This document shows positions 33,184-42,881 of a stretch of DNA of 64,000 bases, piece after piece; within the stretch, counting starts at the first letter, position 1; each line of letters begins with the position of its first letter. This DNA comes from Dehalococcoidia bacterium. GTDB lineage: Bacteria; Chloroflexota; Dehalococcoidia; UBA2979. The position numbers and the translations under genes are program-made. The notes under the pieces were generated by a model, which had not been told where the DNA came from, did no database searches, and saw only the letters and a program-made list of their open reading frames with translations. The stretch covers positions 1,600,001 to 1,664,000 of the forward strand of contig OZ244720.1 in NCBI GenBank assembly GCA_965219085.1, written 5' to 3'.

Positions 33184-35478
33184 TCACCGGCAGAGTACGT
33201 CGAAGGCGTAGCCGCGGCTCGTGAGCCCCGCGAGCACCGCGGCGAGGGCGGCGACGGTCTGCGAGCGCTCGCCGCCCCCATCGTGCATCAGGATGATCGC
33301 GCCGGGACGCACGTTCGACAGCACGTGCGAGGCGATCTGGTCGGGGCCCGGCCGGCGCCAGTCCTGCGTGTCGACGCTCCACAGCACGATCGACTTGCCG
33401 AGCTCGGCGGCGAGGCCCCTCGTGTGCTCGTTCATCGCCGCGTACGGCGGCCGCAGGCAGGCGATGGGATCGACGCGGGTTCCTGCTGCGGCGTGCAGCG
33501 CGTCGTCGGCGGCGGTGACCTGGGACACGAAGAGGTCGCGCGGGGCCTTGTCGAGCCAGATGTGGTCGTAGGTGTGGTTCTCCGCCTCGTGCCCTGCCGC
33601 GACCATGCGCTCGACGATCTCCGGGAACCGCGTGACGCTCTGCCCCAGCACGAAGAACGTCGCCGGTACGTTGTAGAGGTGGAGGAGGTCGAGCACCTGC
33701 GGCGTCCACGTCGGATGCGGTCCGTCGTCGAAGGTGAGGTAGACCACCGGCGCGCCGGCCTCGTCGTGCGCGGTCGGCTGCGAGGGCTGCACGTTTGAGG
33801 ACGCAGGCTGCGGCTCGGGCTGCTGCCACGCCGCCTCGACCGCCTCCCACGTCGCGCGATCCACGACGCCCGTCGGTTTGAGGCCGGCCTGCTGCTGGAT
33901 CTGGATGACGGCCTCGCGCGTCGACTTGTCGTACAGGTCGTAGTACACGCCGGGGTCGAGGAAGCCGAGGCCACGTACGCGCGCGAGTCGCTGCTGAAGT
34001 GCTTTGACGAACCGGCCCCGGTCGCCCGAGCCGAGCGTGTAGCCGTCGGCGAACCACTCGGGGGTCGGGGCCGGGAGCAGGTCGCCCAGGGTCAGGGGCG
34101 GCGAGAGCGCGTCTCCCGGCGCCTGCCCCGCGCCCTCAAGGAACACCGCCACCTGCCGCAGGAACGCGTCGCCGGGCGCGAGGTCTACAGCACGGCTGGC
34201 CGCCTCGCGCGCCCGGCCGAGGTCGTCCGGGGAGGCGAGTGCGAGCCCCAGCGCGCGCACGGCGTGGATCGGCGCCTCGTCGGGCCGCTGGCTCAGCGCG
34301 CGCTCGGTGTAGTCGAGGATCGTCACGGCCATGGTCGTGAGGTCGAGCTCGGCCGCCGTGTCCGTGATCAGCGGCCCGTCGAGGGCGAACGCGTCCTGGG
34401 GTGCGTGCGCGCGCATCACCTGGAGCGCGGCAGCGTACTCGCCGGCGAGGACGTTCGTGAGCAGCGGCTGGCCGGGCGAGCCCGCGTGCGCGAGCCGCAG
34501 CGCCGCCGTCTGGTTCACGAGGGTCGAGAGCCAGCGCAGGTCGTTGTCGCCCGGCGACCGCCGCGAGGTCGCCACGGCGAGCGCGGCCGCCTGTCGCCAC
34601 AGGTCCGCCTCGGCGAGCGAGACGACGCGTGCGGCGGCCGTGGCGACATCCCCGGTGAGACCCGATGGAGCTTGCAGCGGCGCCTCGGTCAGCGCCGCGC
34701 CGTTCCAGCGGTAGATGGCGACGGAGTGCTCCTCGACGGCGCAGGCGTAGCAGAAGACGTACGGGTTCGAGGTGTTGAGCACGAACTCGGGGATGCCGTC
34801 ACCGTCGAGGTCGGTGATCTCGCCCGCGTTGGGGCGCGAGCTGATGTGCGAGATGGCCGTCGTGAGGGTGCCCCTGACGGGGTTGACGCGGATCACGTCG
34901 AGGGTTCCGGCATGCGCGCCGGTGCCTGCGCGGATCACGATCCAGTCGCCGCCGGGCGCGATGGACACCAGTTCCGTGTCGCCCGTGCGCTGCGGGGCCG
35001 TGTCGATCTCGACACGCGCGATCTCGGGCGACCAGGAACGGTCGGTATTCAGCCGGTAGACCGCGACGATGTGGAAGAAGTTAATGGGGTCGCCGTCGTG
35101 GTTGAGGTAGAAGGGCTGGGGGCCGTCGGTGATGACCGCCCAGTAGCTACCATCCACATCGCTCAGGCTGAGGCCGAACGCGCGCGCCTCCAGCGCGTTG
35201 TCCCCGAACTCCTCGGCGATCTCGGCGAGCACCATCGACGCGAGCTCGTCGGCGGCCTCGGCTAGTTCGGCTGCTCTGGGCGTCGGTACGGGTGTCGGGG
35301 TCGGCGGGGGTGTGGGCACGGGCGAAGCGGTGGGTGTGGGCGTCGTCACGGTGACCGCCGCCGGGCTCGGCGTCGCGGTCGGCTCGGGTGCGTCGCCAGA
35401 CCCGCTGAAGGGGTTGCACGCGGCGAGCAGGACGCCGAGGAGCGTGAGCACGGCGAGGGTCGCGAGGCGTGCGTTCAT
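33184..35478 (-). CDS. Lipoprotein with peptidoglycan-binding and NodB polysaccharide deacetylase domains
   Basis: LAAC lipobox, PT linker, VKALQQRL...TGVVDRATW, LTFDDGP, NHTYDH, RPPY, DTQDW, ILMHDG. Confidence 0.9.
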   Translation of the reverse strand: MNARLATLAVLTLLGVLLAACNPFSGSGDAPEPTATPSPAAVTVTTPTPTASPVPTPPPTPTPVPTPRAAELAEAADELASMVLAEIAEEFGDNALEARAFGLSLSDVDGSYWAVITDGPQPFYLNHDGDPINFFHIVAVYRLNTDRSWSPEIARVEIDTAPQRTGDTELVSIAPGGDWIVIRAGTGAHAGTLDVIRVNPVRGTLTTAISHISSRPNAGEITDLDGDGIPEFVLNTSNPYVFCYACAVEEHSVAIYRWNGAALTEAPLQAPSGLTGDVATAAARVVSLAEADLWRQAAALAVATSRRSPGDNDLRWLSTLVNQTAALRLAHAGSPGQPLLTNVLAGEYAAALQVMRAHAPQDAFALDGPLITDTAAELDLTTMAVTILDYTERALSQRPDEAPIHAVRALGLALASPDDLGRAREAASRAVDLAPGDAFLRQVAVFLEGAGQAPGDALSPPLTLGDLLPAPTPEWFADGYTLGSGDRGRFVKALQQRLARVRGLGFLDPGVYYDLYDKSTREAVIQIQQQAGLKPTGVVDRATWEAVEAAWQQPEPQPASSNVQPSQPTAHDEAGAPVVYLTFDDGPHPTWTPQVLDLLHLYNVPATFFVLGQSVTRFPEIVERMVAAGHEAENHTYDHIWLDKAPRDLFVSQVTAADDALHAAAGTRVDPIACLRPPYAAMNEHTRGLAAELGKSIVLWSVDTQDWRRPGPDQIASHVLSNVRPGAIILMHDGGGERSQTVAALAAVLAGLTSRGYAFDVLCR

Positions 35479-35514
35479 CAGATCGAAGGTAACAGGAACG
35501 GCCGTCCGTTGGGC

Positions 35515-36660
35515 CTACACCAGCACGAGGTTGTTGCGATGCACAACCTCGTCGCCGTAGTCATAGCCCAGCACTTCCTCGATGCGGTCCGAGTGCAGGC
35601 CGCGGATGCGCTCGACGTCGCCCGCGGCGTAGTTCGTGGTGCCGCTGGCGATGTGCTCCCCCTCGCGCGTCTCGACGCGCACCACGTCGCCGCGCGCGAA
35701 GCCGCCGGAGGCGGCGACGATGCCGGCGGGCAACAGCGACTTGCCGTCGCGCACCAGCGCGCGCACCGCGCCGTCGTCGACGGTGATGCGGCCGCGCTCA
35801 CGCAGTCCGGAGAGCAGGAAGCGGCGGCGGCTCTCGAGGCGGTCGACGGTCGGCAGGAAGTGCGTCCCCACCGCCTCGCCCCGCGCCACGCGCGGTACGA
35901 CGTCGGGCTGCCGGCCGTCGGCGATGACGACGTGCGCGCCGGACTGCGTCGCGAGCCGGGCCGCCTCCACCTTCGTCGCCATGCCGCCGGTGCCGCGCTG
36001 ACCGGCCTGTCCGGCCGCGGCCTCCTCGATCGCGGGGCCGATGTGGTCGACGTGCTCGATGAGCCGGGCGTCGGGGTCCGTCGCGGGGTCGGCGGTGTAG
36101 AGCCCGGCGGTGTCGGTGAGCAGCAGCAGCAGGTCGGCGTCGACGAGGTTGGCGACCTGGGCGGAGAGGTTGTCGTTGTCGCCGATCTTGGCGTCCTGGA
36201 TCTCCTCGATGGAGACGACGTCGTTCTCGTTGACGATGGGCACGACGCCGAGGTCGAGGAGCGCGAGCAGCGTGTTCCGGGCGTTGAGGTAGCCCTGGCG
36301 GTCGGCGAGGTCGCCCCGCGTGAGGAGCGCCTGGGCGGTCGTGACCCCGTGGCCGGCGAGGAGTTCGTCCCAGTACGCGAAGAGCTGCGCCTGCCCGACG
36401 GCGGCGAGCACCTGGCGGCGCGTGAGGTGTTGCGGCCTCGACGCGCGCCGGCCGAGCCGCGCCCGGCCGGCGGCGATGGCGCCCGAGGTGACCAGGATCA
36501 CCTCGCGGCCGAGTTCGCGGACGGCGGCGATCTGCGCGGCGATGGCGGCCATCACGTCGCGGTCGAGCTGCTCGCTGCCCGCGGTGAGCAGGTTGGTGCC
36601 GCACTTGACGACGAGTCGTCGGCGCTGGCGTTCACCGTTCGCGGGACTGCGTTCGACCAC
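35515..36660 (-). CDS. proB: Glutamate 5-kinase
   Basis: VVKCGT, PIVNENDV, GDNDNLSA, GTGGMATK, C-terminal PUA domain. Confidence 0.97.
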   Translation of the reverse strand: MVERSPANGERQRRRLVVKCGTNLLTAGSEQLDRDVMAAIAAQIAAVRELGREVILVTSGAIAAGRARLGRRASRPQHLTRRQVLAAVGQAQLFAYWDELLAGHGVTTAQALLTRGDLADRQGYLNARNTLLALLDLGVVPIVNENDVVSIEEIQDAKIGDNDNLSAQVANLVDADLLLLLTDTAGLYTADPATDPDARLIEHVDHIGPAIEEAAAGQAGQRGTGGMATKVEAARLATQSGAHVVIADGRQPDVVPRVARGEAVGTHFLPTVDRLESRRRFLLSGLRERGRITVDDGAVRALVRDGKSLLPAGIVAASGGFARGDVVRVETREGEHIASGTTNYAAGDVERIRGLHSDRIEEVLGYDYGDEVVHRNNLVLV

Positions 36661-36756
36661 GCTCGACCTCGTCAGCTTCGCCTTGAGGGCTGATCATAGG
36701 ATCACCACCGCGCCGCTGTGGGTCGAGCGGCCGGGGTGGTTGAGGAGGATCGACGC

Positions 36757-37821
36757 GTGTCCGAGCGAGCACCGCCCCCCGAACTGGCTGCTGCGGCGAC
36801 ACGCCCGGATCCGGCTACCGCCGGGTGGTCGCCGCGGCGCGTGTTGGTGGTGGCGCTGGTGGTGCTGCGGCGCGCGACTGCGAACTTCCTCGAAGACAGG
36901 GCGTCGCAGCTGGGCGCAGGCGTCTCGTACTTCGCGCTGATTTCGTTGTTCCCGCTGGCGCTGCTCGCCTTCTCGGTATTCGGCCTCGTGCTCCGCGACG
37001 AGGACCTGCAGCGTCGCGTCCTCGATGGGCTCGTCGAGGGGATACCGGTCGACGCGCCGATCGTCGAGGAAGCCCTCGCCGCCCTCGCCAGCGGAGGACC
37101 GACGATCGGAGCGGTCGCGCTGGTCGGCACGATCTGGACGGGGAGCGCGCTCGCCGCCGCCCTGCGCAACGCGCTCAACGTCGCGTTCGATGTGGATCGG
37201 CGGCGCCCGTTTGTGCAGGGCAAGCTGATCGACTTCACGATCGCGCCCGGGCTGGGGTTGCTGCTGCTGGCTTCGCTCACGCTGACCACCGGGTGGCGCT
37301 TCGCGCAGTCCGAGGCGGTGAACCTCGGAATCCTGCGCGATCAGCCCCTGGTGTGGGAGCTGGGCGCCGTGGGGATCACCGGGTCGATGAGTTTCATTGC
37401 GTTCCTCTTCCTGTACTGGCTGTTGCCGAACGCGGGCCTGCGCCCACGCGACCTGTGGCCGGGCGCCCTCCTCGCAGCGGTCGGCTTCGAGGCGGCGAAG
37501 TTCGGGTTCGTGTTCTACCTGGCGAACTACAGCAGCTACGACGTGATCTACGGCTCGCTTGGAGGCGTGATCACGATGCTCATCTGGGTCTACGTGAGCG
37601 CCAACATCATGCTGTTCGGCGCGGAGGTGTCCGCGGAGGTTCCTCGCGTGCTGTCCGGGCAGGCCCGCCACGGCTACGCGGAAGCTCGGGACGTGAGCTG
37701 GCGCGAGTCGGCGTTCCTGCTGCTGCGTGGGCTGTTCCTGGGCCCGGTCGAGGAGCGACCGGAGCCGCGGCGGTGGGCGCGGCCCGACCGCGGCGAGGAG
37801 TCGGCGAAGGGCGAGGATTGA
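36757..37821 (+). CDS. YihY/BrkB family membrane protein
   Basis: SYFALISLFP, YDVIYGSLGGVI..LIWVY..ANIMLFGAE. Confidence 0.92.
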   Translation: MSERAPPPELAAAATRPDPATAGWSPRRVLVVALVVLRRATANFLEDRASQLGAGVSYFALISLFPLALLAFSVFGLVLRDEDLQRRVLDGLVEGIPVDAPIVEEALAALASGGPTIGAVALVGTIWTGSALAAALRNALNVAFDVDRRRPFVQGKLIDFTIAPGLGLLLLASLTLTTGWRFAQSEAVNLGILRDQPLVWELGAVGITGSMSFIAFLFLYWLLPNAGLRPRDLWPGALLAAVGFEAAKFGFVFYLANYSSYDVIYGSLGGVITMLIWVYVSANIMLFGAEVSAEVPRVLSGQARHGYAEARDVSWRESAFLLLRGLFLGPVEERPEPRRWARPDRGEESAKGED

Positions 37822-37864
37822 GGCCCCTTGTGCATGGTTGTCGTTACTAACGGGGATCGTTACT

Positions 37865-38155
37865 ATGATTGTACCAGTGCGGAGGTTCATGGACAGAGAC
37901 GCGCAGCGCCTGTTCTTCGGTCAGTCGGTGCGGAGGCTGCCTCCGGATATTCGGCGACGGGCGCGAGTGAAGTTGCAGCGAGTGGTCGCAGCGACCGCAC
38001 TCACCGACCTTCTGGTTCCGCCATCCCACCGTCTCGAGGCACTTCGCGGCGACCGTGAGGGCCAGTACAGCATCCGCATCAACGACCAGTGGCGCATTTG
38101 TCTCGTCTGGACTGACCGCGCCGCCGTGGAGATCGAAATCGTGGACTACCACTAG
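37865..38155 (+). CDS. higB: HigB-family (RelE-like) toxin
   Basis: PPSHRLEALRGDREGQYSIRINDQWRIC...EIVDYH; start uncertain. Confidence 0.9.
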   Translation: MIVPVRRFMDRDAQRLFFGQSVRRLPPDIRRRARVKLQRVVAATALTDLLVPPSHRLEALRGDREGQYSIRINDQWRICLVWTDRAAVEIEIVDYH

Positions 38156-38166
38156 GGAGAGCACCA

Positions 38167-38481
38167 ATGACGACCACGGCTCAGCCGATTCACCCGGGTG
38201 AGCATCTTGCTGAGATGCTGGATGAGTTAGGAATCAGCCAGTACCGCCTCGCCAAGGCAATCGGGGTACCCGCAATCCGGATCAACGACATCGTGCACTG
38301 CCGCCGCGGCGTCACCGCCGATACAGCGCTGCGGATCGGGCGCGCACTGCGCATGACGCCGGAGTTCTGGCTGAACCTTCAGCGCATGTACGACCTGGAG
38401 GTCGCCCGCGCGAAGACGGACCTCGGCTCGATCGAGCCGCTCGTCGACCTACCGGACGGATTCCCGCCGCTGCCGGAATGA
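38167..38481 (+). CDS. higA: HigA-family antitoxin
   Basis: PIHPGEHL...ISQYRLAKAIGV...TADTALR...PEFWLNLQ..YDL. Confidence 0.92.
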   Translation: MTTTAQPIHPGEHLAEMLDELGISQYRLAKAIGVPAIRINDIVHCRRGVTADTALRIGRALRMTPEFWLNLQRMYDLEVARAKTDLGSIEPLVDLPDGFPPLPE

Positions 38482-38497
38482 CGCGCGCCCAACGCGC

Positions 38498-41400
38498 TCA
38501 CGCTCGCCAGAGCACCAATCGCACCGCGATCCCCTCGATGCTCGCCTCGGTCGACGCCGCGCCCTCCGGCGGCTCGCCCGCGAGCGGCTCCAGCGACAGC
38601 GCCAGCGTCTCCCCCGCCACGTACTCGCCGTGCGCGTCGAGGACCGACCGCAGCTCATCGCCCGCCTCGTAACGCACGTGGATGCGGTCGGTGATGTCGA
38701 GGCCGGCCTCGCGGCGCAGGTCCTGCAACCGGCGCACCACGTCGCGCGCGATGCCCTCGGCGACCAGCTCGGGCGTCAGCGCCGTCTCCACCAGCGCGCT
38801 GTACCCGGCGTCTTCGGCCGCGCTCCACCCCTCGGCCGCCTCGACGCCGACGAGGATGTCGGAGGCCGAGAGGTCGAAGCCGTCGAGCTGGAGCGAGCCC
38901 TCGGCGCGCATCGTCGCGACCAGCTCGCGCGGGTTGGCGCCGGCGATCGCCGCGCGGATGCGGCCCACCTCGCGCCCGTAGCGCGGCCCGAGCGCGGGCA
39001 GGTTCGGACGCAGCGAGTAGACGAGGCGCTCACCGGCGTCGGCGACCGCCTCGACGCGCTGCACGTTCAGTTCGTCGGCCACCTGCGGCGCGAGGCGCTC
39101 AAGCGCGTCGAGCTCGGCGGCCGAGCGCGGGATGAGCACCGCGCTCGCCAGCGGCTGGCGCACTTTGATGCCCGCGCGCGAGCGCGCGCCACGGCCGAGC
39201 GAGACCATGCGCTGCACGAGCGCCACGTCGCGCGAGAGCTGCTCGTCGATGGCGTCGGCGTCCGCTTCCGGCCACGCGGCGAGGTGCACCGAGTCGGGCG
39301 CGCCGGGCCGCTGTCCCGCCTCGAGGTTGCGGTACAGCGCCTCGGCGAGGAACGGCGTGAACGGCGCGATCAGCTTCGCGACGGTGGTGAGGCACTCGTA
39401 GAGCGTGTGCAGCGCCGCCTGCGTGTCGGCCGAGTCGTCGGACTTCCAGAAGCGGCGGCGGCTGCGTCGCACGTACCAGTTCGAGAGCTGCTCGATGAAG
39501 TCGGCGATGGGGCGCGCGGCCTCGAGCGGCTCGTAGTCGTCGAGCGCCTCGGTGACGCGTCGCACGGCCTGGTGCAGCTCGGAGCGCACCCAGCGATCGA
39601 GTTCCGTGCGCGCCTCGGGTGCGGGCGCGCTCGCCGGGTCGAAGCCGGCGATGTTGGCGTACGTGACGAAGAACGAGTAGGTGTTCCAGAGCGTCGAGAG
39701 CACGCGCCGCTGCGCCTCGCGCACGATCTCGGGCGAGAACCGCCGCGAGTTGCCGGGTGGGGCGGAGGTGTACATCGTCCAGCGCAGCGCGTCGGCGCCG
39801 TAGGCGTCGAGGACCTCCCAGTGGTCGACGATGTTGCCGCGGGACTTGGACATCTTCTGTCCCTCGGCGTCCTCGATCAGGCCGAGGCAGATGACGTTGC
39901 GGTACGAGACGCCCGCGGACACGTCGCCGGTGCTGTGGAGCAGCGTGGCGAGGGCGTGCAGCGTGTAGAACCACCCGCGCGTCTGGTCGACGGCCTCGCA
40001 GATGAAGTCCGCGGGGAAGCGCTCGGCGAACAACTCCTGGTTCTCGAACGGGTAGTGCGACTGCGCGTAGGGCATCGCGCCGGAGTCGAACCAGGCGTCG
40101 GCGACCTCGGGCGTGCGGCGCATCTCGCCGCCGCAGTCGGGGCAGGGCAGCGTGACGTCGTCGATGAACGGGCGGTGGGGATCCGGCGGCGGCGCGTCGA
40201 GGCCCGCGCGCTCGGCGAGCTCGGCGTAGGAGCCGATGCAGTCCGTGCGGCGGCACTGCTGGCAGACCCAGAACGGCAGCGGCGTGCCCCAGTAGCGCTC
40301 GCGCGAGAGCGCCCAGTCGACGTTGCCGTCGAGCCACTCGCCGAAGCGGCCGTCGCGGATGTGGTTGGGCACCCAGTGGATGTCCTGGTTGTTCGCCACC
40401 AGCGCGTCGCGCACGGCGGTGGTGCGGATGTACCACGAGGGCTTGGCGTAGTAGAGCACCGGCGTGTCGCAGCGCCAGCAGAACGGGTAGGTGTGGTGGA
40501 TGGTCTCGCTCGTCAGCAGCAGCCCGCGCGCGTCGAGGTCCGCCGTGATGTCGGGGTCGGCCTCCTTCACGAAGCGCCCGCCGAACGGCCCGCCGGTGAG
40601 GGTGCCGTCGAGCGCGACGGGCTCGAGGAACATCAGCCCCTCGTCGCGACCGAGCGCGTAGTCGTCCTCGCCGAAGGCGGGGGCGATGTGCACCACGCCC
40701 GTACCGTCGTCGGTGGCGACGAACTCCGCGCCGACGATGCGGCGGTCGGGCGCGTCGCCGGGCTCGACGAACTGCGAGCGGCCGTCGATGAAGGCGAGCG
40801 TCTGGACGCCCTCCCACTCGCGTGACTCGTAGAGCGGCGCGTAGCGCAGCCCGACGAGCGCCGAGCCTTCGAAGCGCGCGAGCACGGCGTCGTCGAGGGA
40901 CTCGGGCAGCACGGCGCGGCGGCGCGCCTCGGCGACGATGAGCCTCCGGTCGCCGTCCTCGACGAGCGCGTACTCGGCGTCGGGCGCGACGGCGAGGGCG
41001 GTGTTGCCCGGCAGCGTCCACGGCGTGGTCGTCCACGCGAGCACGGACGTTGGTACGCCGTCGGCGAGGCGCAGCGCGTCGTCGGCCTCGGCGTTCGCCT
41101 CGCCTGCGTCGAGGGTGAAGAGCACGGTCACGCTCGGGTCGGGCGTGTCCTCCTGGTAGCCGAGCGCGATCTCGTGGCTCGACAGGCTGGTGCCGCAGCG
41201 CGGGCAGTGCGGGGTGACGCGGTAGTCGCGGAAGATGAGGTCGTTCTCCCACAGCCGTTGCAGCACCCACCAGCACGACTCGACGTACTCGTTCGAGTAG
41301 GTCACGTAGGCGTCGTCCGTGTCGATCCAGAAGCCGATGCGCTCGGTCATGCGTTCCCAGTCGGAGACGTAACGGAACACGGACTCGCGGCACTGCGCGT

Positions 41401-41800
41401 TGAAGGCGGCGACGCCGTACTCCTCGATGTCGCGCTTGTTGCGCAACCCGAGCTCGCGCTCGACCTCGAGTTCGACGGGGAGGCCGTGCGTGTCCCAGCC
41501 GCCCTTGCGGGGCGCGCGGTAGCCGCGCATGGTCTTGTAGCGCGGGATCAGGTCCTTGAAGACGCGCGCGAGCACGTGGTGCACGCCGGGCGTGCCGTTG
41601 GCGGTCGGCGGGCCCTCGTAGAACGAGAAGAGCCGGTCGGCCGGGCGCTCCTCGATGCTGCGCCGGAAGACGTCGTGCTCGCGCCAGAACGCGAGGATGT
41701 CCTGCTCGAGCGCGGGGAACGAGACCCGCGAGGGCGCCGCCTCGAAGCGCGCCCGCACCTCGGCCCCTGCGGGGTCTCCCCGCGTCGAGGAATCGACCAC
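38498..41800 (-). CDS. ileS: Isoleucine--tRNA ligase, type 2
   Basis: EGPPTANGTPGVHH, GWDTHGLP, WTTTPWTL, DQTRGWFY, KMSKS; GTG start with GGAGGTGA RBS. Confidence 0.97.
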   Translation of the reverse strand: MVDSSTRGDPAGAEVRARFEAAPSRVSFPALEQDILAFWREHDVFRRSIEERPADRLFSFYEGPPTANGTPGVHHVLARVFKDLIPRYKTMRGYRAPRKGGWDTHGLPVELEVERELGLRNKRDIEEYGVAAFNAQCRESVFRYVSDWERMTERIGFWIDTDDAYVTYSNEYVESCWWVLQRLWENDLIFRDYRVTPHCPRCGTSLSSHEIALGYQEDTPDPSVTVLFTLDAGEANAEADDALRLADGVPTSVLAWTTTPWTLPGNTALAVAPDAEYALVEDGDRRLIVAEARRRAVLPESLDDAVLARFEGSALVGLRYAPLYESREWEGVQTLAFIDGRSQFVEPGDAPDRRIVGAEFVATDDGTGVVHIAPAFGEDDYALGRDEGLMFLEPVALDGTLTGGPFGGRFVKEADPDITADLDARGLLLTSETIHHTYPFCWRCDTPVLYYAKPSWYIRTTAVRDALVANNQDIHWVPNHIRDGRFGEWLDGNVDWALSRERYWGTPLPFWVCQQCRRTDCIGSYAELAERAGLDAPPPDPHRPFIDDVTLPCPDCGGEMRRTPEVADAWFDSGAMPYAQSHYPFENQELFAERFPADFICEAVDQTRGWFYTLHALATLLHSTGDVSAGVSYRNVICLGLIEDAEGQKMSKSRGNIVDHWEVLDAYGADALRWTMYTSAPPGNSRRFSPEIVREAQRRVLSTLWNTYSFFVTYANIAGFDPASAPAPEARTELDRWVRSELHQAVRRVTEALDDYEPLEAARPIADFIEQLSNWYVRRSRRRFWKSDDSADTQAALHTLYECLTTVAKLIAPFTPFLAEALYRNLEAGQRPGAPDSVHLAAWPEADADAIDEQLSRDVALVQRMVSLGRGARSRAGIKVRQPLASAVLIPRSAAELDALERLAPQVADELNVQRVEAVADAGERLVYSLRPNLPALGPRYGREVGRIRAAIAGANPRELVATMRAEGSLQLDGFDLSASDILVGVEAAEGWSAAEDAGYSALVETALTPELVAEGIARDVVRRLQDLRREAGLDITDRIHVRYEAGDELRSVLDAHGEYVAGETLALSLEPLAGEPPEGAASTEASIEGIAVRLVLWRA

Positions 41801-41904
41801 GGTGTCACCTCCATGCCGGCCTCTTGGCCGGTCGTCACGGCGTTGCCTGCGGGCACACCGCTTGCTCCGGTGTCCACCGCAGGCGGCGGACGCACAGGCG
41901 GCGA

Positions 41905-42232
41905 ACACGAAAAACGCCCGCCCCTCACGGGACGGGCGACATGCGCCCGCGGTACCACCCGCGTTGCGCCGCTGCCCCACCGTCGAGGCCCGCGACGCCG
42001 CTCACCACGCCACGCCGGGGCCGCTCGCGCGGCGTCGCCGGTTATGGCGCTGCCCCTGGTAACGGTGGGCGCTCCGGCCGAGCCTAGTGGCGTCGAGCCC
42101 GGCGTCGCCGGGGCCTCGCGCGTTCGGTCGGCGGCTCGGGAGGGATCTTCGCCCGTCGCGGCCGCGCCCGGCTCACACCGTCCCGGGCTCGCTTGGCAGC
42201 CGCTGGCGACGGGCTACTCGCTCCGTCTCAGC
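41905..42232 (-). ncRNA. T-box riboswitch (Ile) with intrinsic terminator
   Basis: Minus strand: GGTGTGAG loop, specifier GAAG-ATC (42144-42146), CCGTTA, T-box GGGTGGTACCGCG, terminator CGCCCGTCCC..GGGGCGGGCG-TTTTT; boundaries approximate. Confidence 0.9.
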
Positions 42233-42304
42233 CTGTACGTCGAGTCTAGGTCCGCGCTCGCCGCCCGATCAATCGGCCCGGCCGGACGACTCGGCCGTGG
42301 GCCG

Positions 42305-42763
42305 TTACAGCCCGAACCCGCTGGGGGCCTCGCTGCGCTCGGCCGCGGGGCCGGCGCCCTCGGGCCGCTCGGACTGACCACCGCCGGCGAGCTGCGCGGC
42401 GAGGCGCTGGGCGGCGGCCTCCTCCTCGGCCTCCTGCCGCTCGCGCACGGCGTTGTAGCACGACGAGCAGAAGACGGGGCGGTCGCCGCGCGGCAGGAAC
42501 GGGACCTCGGTGGTCTGGTGGCACTGCGCGCAGGTGGCGACGTTGAGCTGGCGCGGGGTGCGGCCGCCCCAGGAGACGTAGGTGCCGTAGGAGGGGGCCT
42601 CGAAGCGGTCCTCGGGGCGCATGGCCTTGCGGTTGGCGCGGCAGGAGGGGCAGCGCACGGGGTCGTGCTGCAGGCCCTTGCTGGCGTAGAACTCCTGCTC
42701 GCCGGCGGTGAAGACGAAGCTGGAACCGCAGTCGCGGCAGTTGAGTTGCCGGTCGCTTGCCAC
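42305..42763 (-). CDS. Zinc-ribbon / CxxC-x17-CxxC domain protein
   Basis: DRQLNCRDCG..FVFTAGEQEFY..KG...PVRCPSCR; CAQC...VPF.P...RPVFCSSC. Confidence 0.9.
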   Translation of the reverse strand: MASDRQLNCRDCGSSFVFTAGEQEFYASKGLQHDPVRCPSCRANRKAMRPEDRFEAPSYGTYVSWGGRTPRQLNVATCAQCHQTTEVPFLPRGDRPVFCSSCYNAVRERQEAEEEAAAQRLAAQLAGGGQSERPEGAGPAAERSEAPSGFGL

Positions 42764-42881
42764 TGGAGCCTCCTCGGGATAGCCGACGCGCACGACGGTG
42801 CGCGTCGCGTGTGGTGTGTGGCCTTGTGGATGTCGGGCCACGATCAAGTGTAGCAGGGACGCGGGTGAGAGCGGTCGCCGG

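Noticed and set aside
37840-38481. HigBA (and the DUF433/DUF5615 pair at 46704-47308) as novel systems
   Set aside because: Well-known toxin-antitoxin families; listed as features only
42060-42240. GC-rich hairpins as a tRNA or separate ncRNA
   Set aside because: Explained by T-box stems; no tRNA T-loop/cloverleaf pattern
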